Positions 63,459-64,000 of a stretch of 64,000 bases of DNA are shown piece after piece. The notes beneath the pieces were generated by a model. The model searched no databases. It saw only the letters and a program-made list of their open reading frames with translations, and had not been told where the DNA came from. This stretch comes from an uncultured Gammaproteobacteria bacterium (lineage in GTDB: Bacteria; Pseudomonadota; Gammaproteobacteria; JABCZS01): positions 1,376,001 to 1,440,000 of the forward strand of contig CAWKDC010000001.1 in assembly GCA_963848305.1 (NCBI GenBank), in the 5' to 3' direction. The first letter of the stretch is position 1; each line of letters starts with the position of its first letter. A program made the translations under genes and the position numbers.

Positions 63459-64000
63459 TCGCACTATTCACGACACTTTTCTGGATCGTCGTTAAATCAT
63501 TGTGCATTGTCTTGCCGGTGATTTTGGGTGTGGCTTACTTGATGTATGCAGAACGTAAAATCATTGGTTACATGCAGGATCGCGTCGGTCCGAATCGAGT
63601 CGGTCCATTGGGTTTGTTCCAACCGATTGCTGACGGAATAAAATTATTTCTGAAAGAAGTGATCTTGCCCACGAAAGCGAATTGGTTTCTATTTTTGATT
63701 GCGCCGATGATCACGATGGCTGCTTCTCTGGCCGCATGGGCGGCAGTCCCCTTTCAAGAAGGTGTGGTATTAGCGAACGTGAATGCCGGCGTATTATATG
63801 TATTGGCAACAACATCGCTCGGCGTATATGGCATTATCATTGCAGGTTGGGCGTCGAATTCAAAATACGCATTATTGGGTTCATTACGTTCTGCTGCTCA
63901 AATGATTTCCTATGAAATTCCCATGGGGTTTGCATTGGTTGGCGTGTTAATGGCGGCTGGATCATTGAATTTAAGTGACATTGTCAATGCGCAAAGTGGT
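63455..64000 (+). CDS. nuoH: NADH-quinone oxidoreductase subunit H (3'-truncated by window edge)
   Basis: Translated from ATG 63455: [43 protein letters not shown]. Confidence 0.96.
   Translation, partial: MIALFTTLFWIVVKSLCIVLPVILGVAYLMYAERKIIGYMQDRVGPNRVGPLGLFQPIADGIKLFLKEVILPTKANWFLFLIAPMITMAASLAAWAAVPFQEGVVLANVNAGVLYVLATTSLGVYGIIIAGWASNSKYALLGSLRSAAQMISYEIPMGFALVGVLMAAGSLNLSDIVNAQSG

Noticed and set aside
159-63915. Numerous 60-200 aa ORFs overlapping assigned genes in the six-frame track
   Set aside because: Shadow or alternate-frame ORFs with no motifs, except those used above as frameshift continuations.

Overview
A 64-kb chromosomal segment of a gammaproteobacterium. A Legionellales/Coxiella/Berkiella-like, probably protist-associated lifestyle is inferred from gene order and eukaryote-like ORFs; no secretion-system genes lie in the window. 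The backbone is housekeeping: parC (partial), epmB-efp-epmA, uvrD, zapE, polA-rlmJ, yihA-cytochrome c4-dsbA, desA, tkt-gap-pgk-fba, rho, pth-rplY-prs-tRNA-Gln-ispE-lolB, TPR-hemA-prfA-prmC and nuoA-H. Accessory material sits at the junctions between these genes. (i) Candidate host-directed effectors: an ankyrin + ADP-ribosyltransferase-like protein, an ankyrin + C-terminal F-box-like protein, a three-repeat protein, a 1331-aa low-complexity/coiled-coil protein and two 4-TM orphans. (ii) Toxin-antitoxin and Fic modules, several apparently disarmed. (iii) Three AAA_14/DUF4143-type ATPase genes plus one probable remnant, each preceded by its own pair of repeats spaced 31-33 bp apart. (iv) REP/RPE-like palindromes, including a 6.3 x 60-bp double-hairpin tandem array. 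Frameshifts in several essential genes are most likely read/consensus errors. No CRISPR array, integrase, transposase or prophage was recognised.
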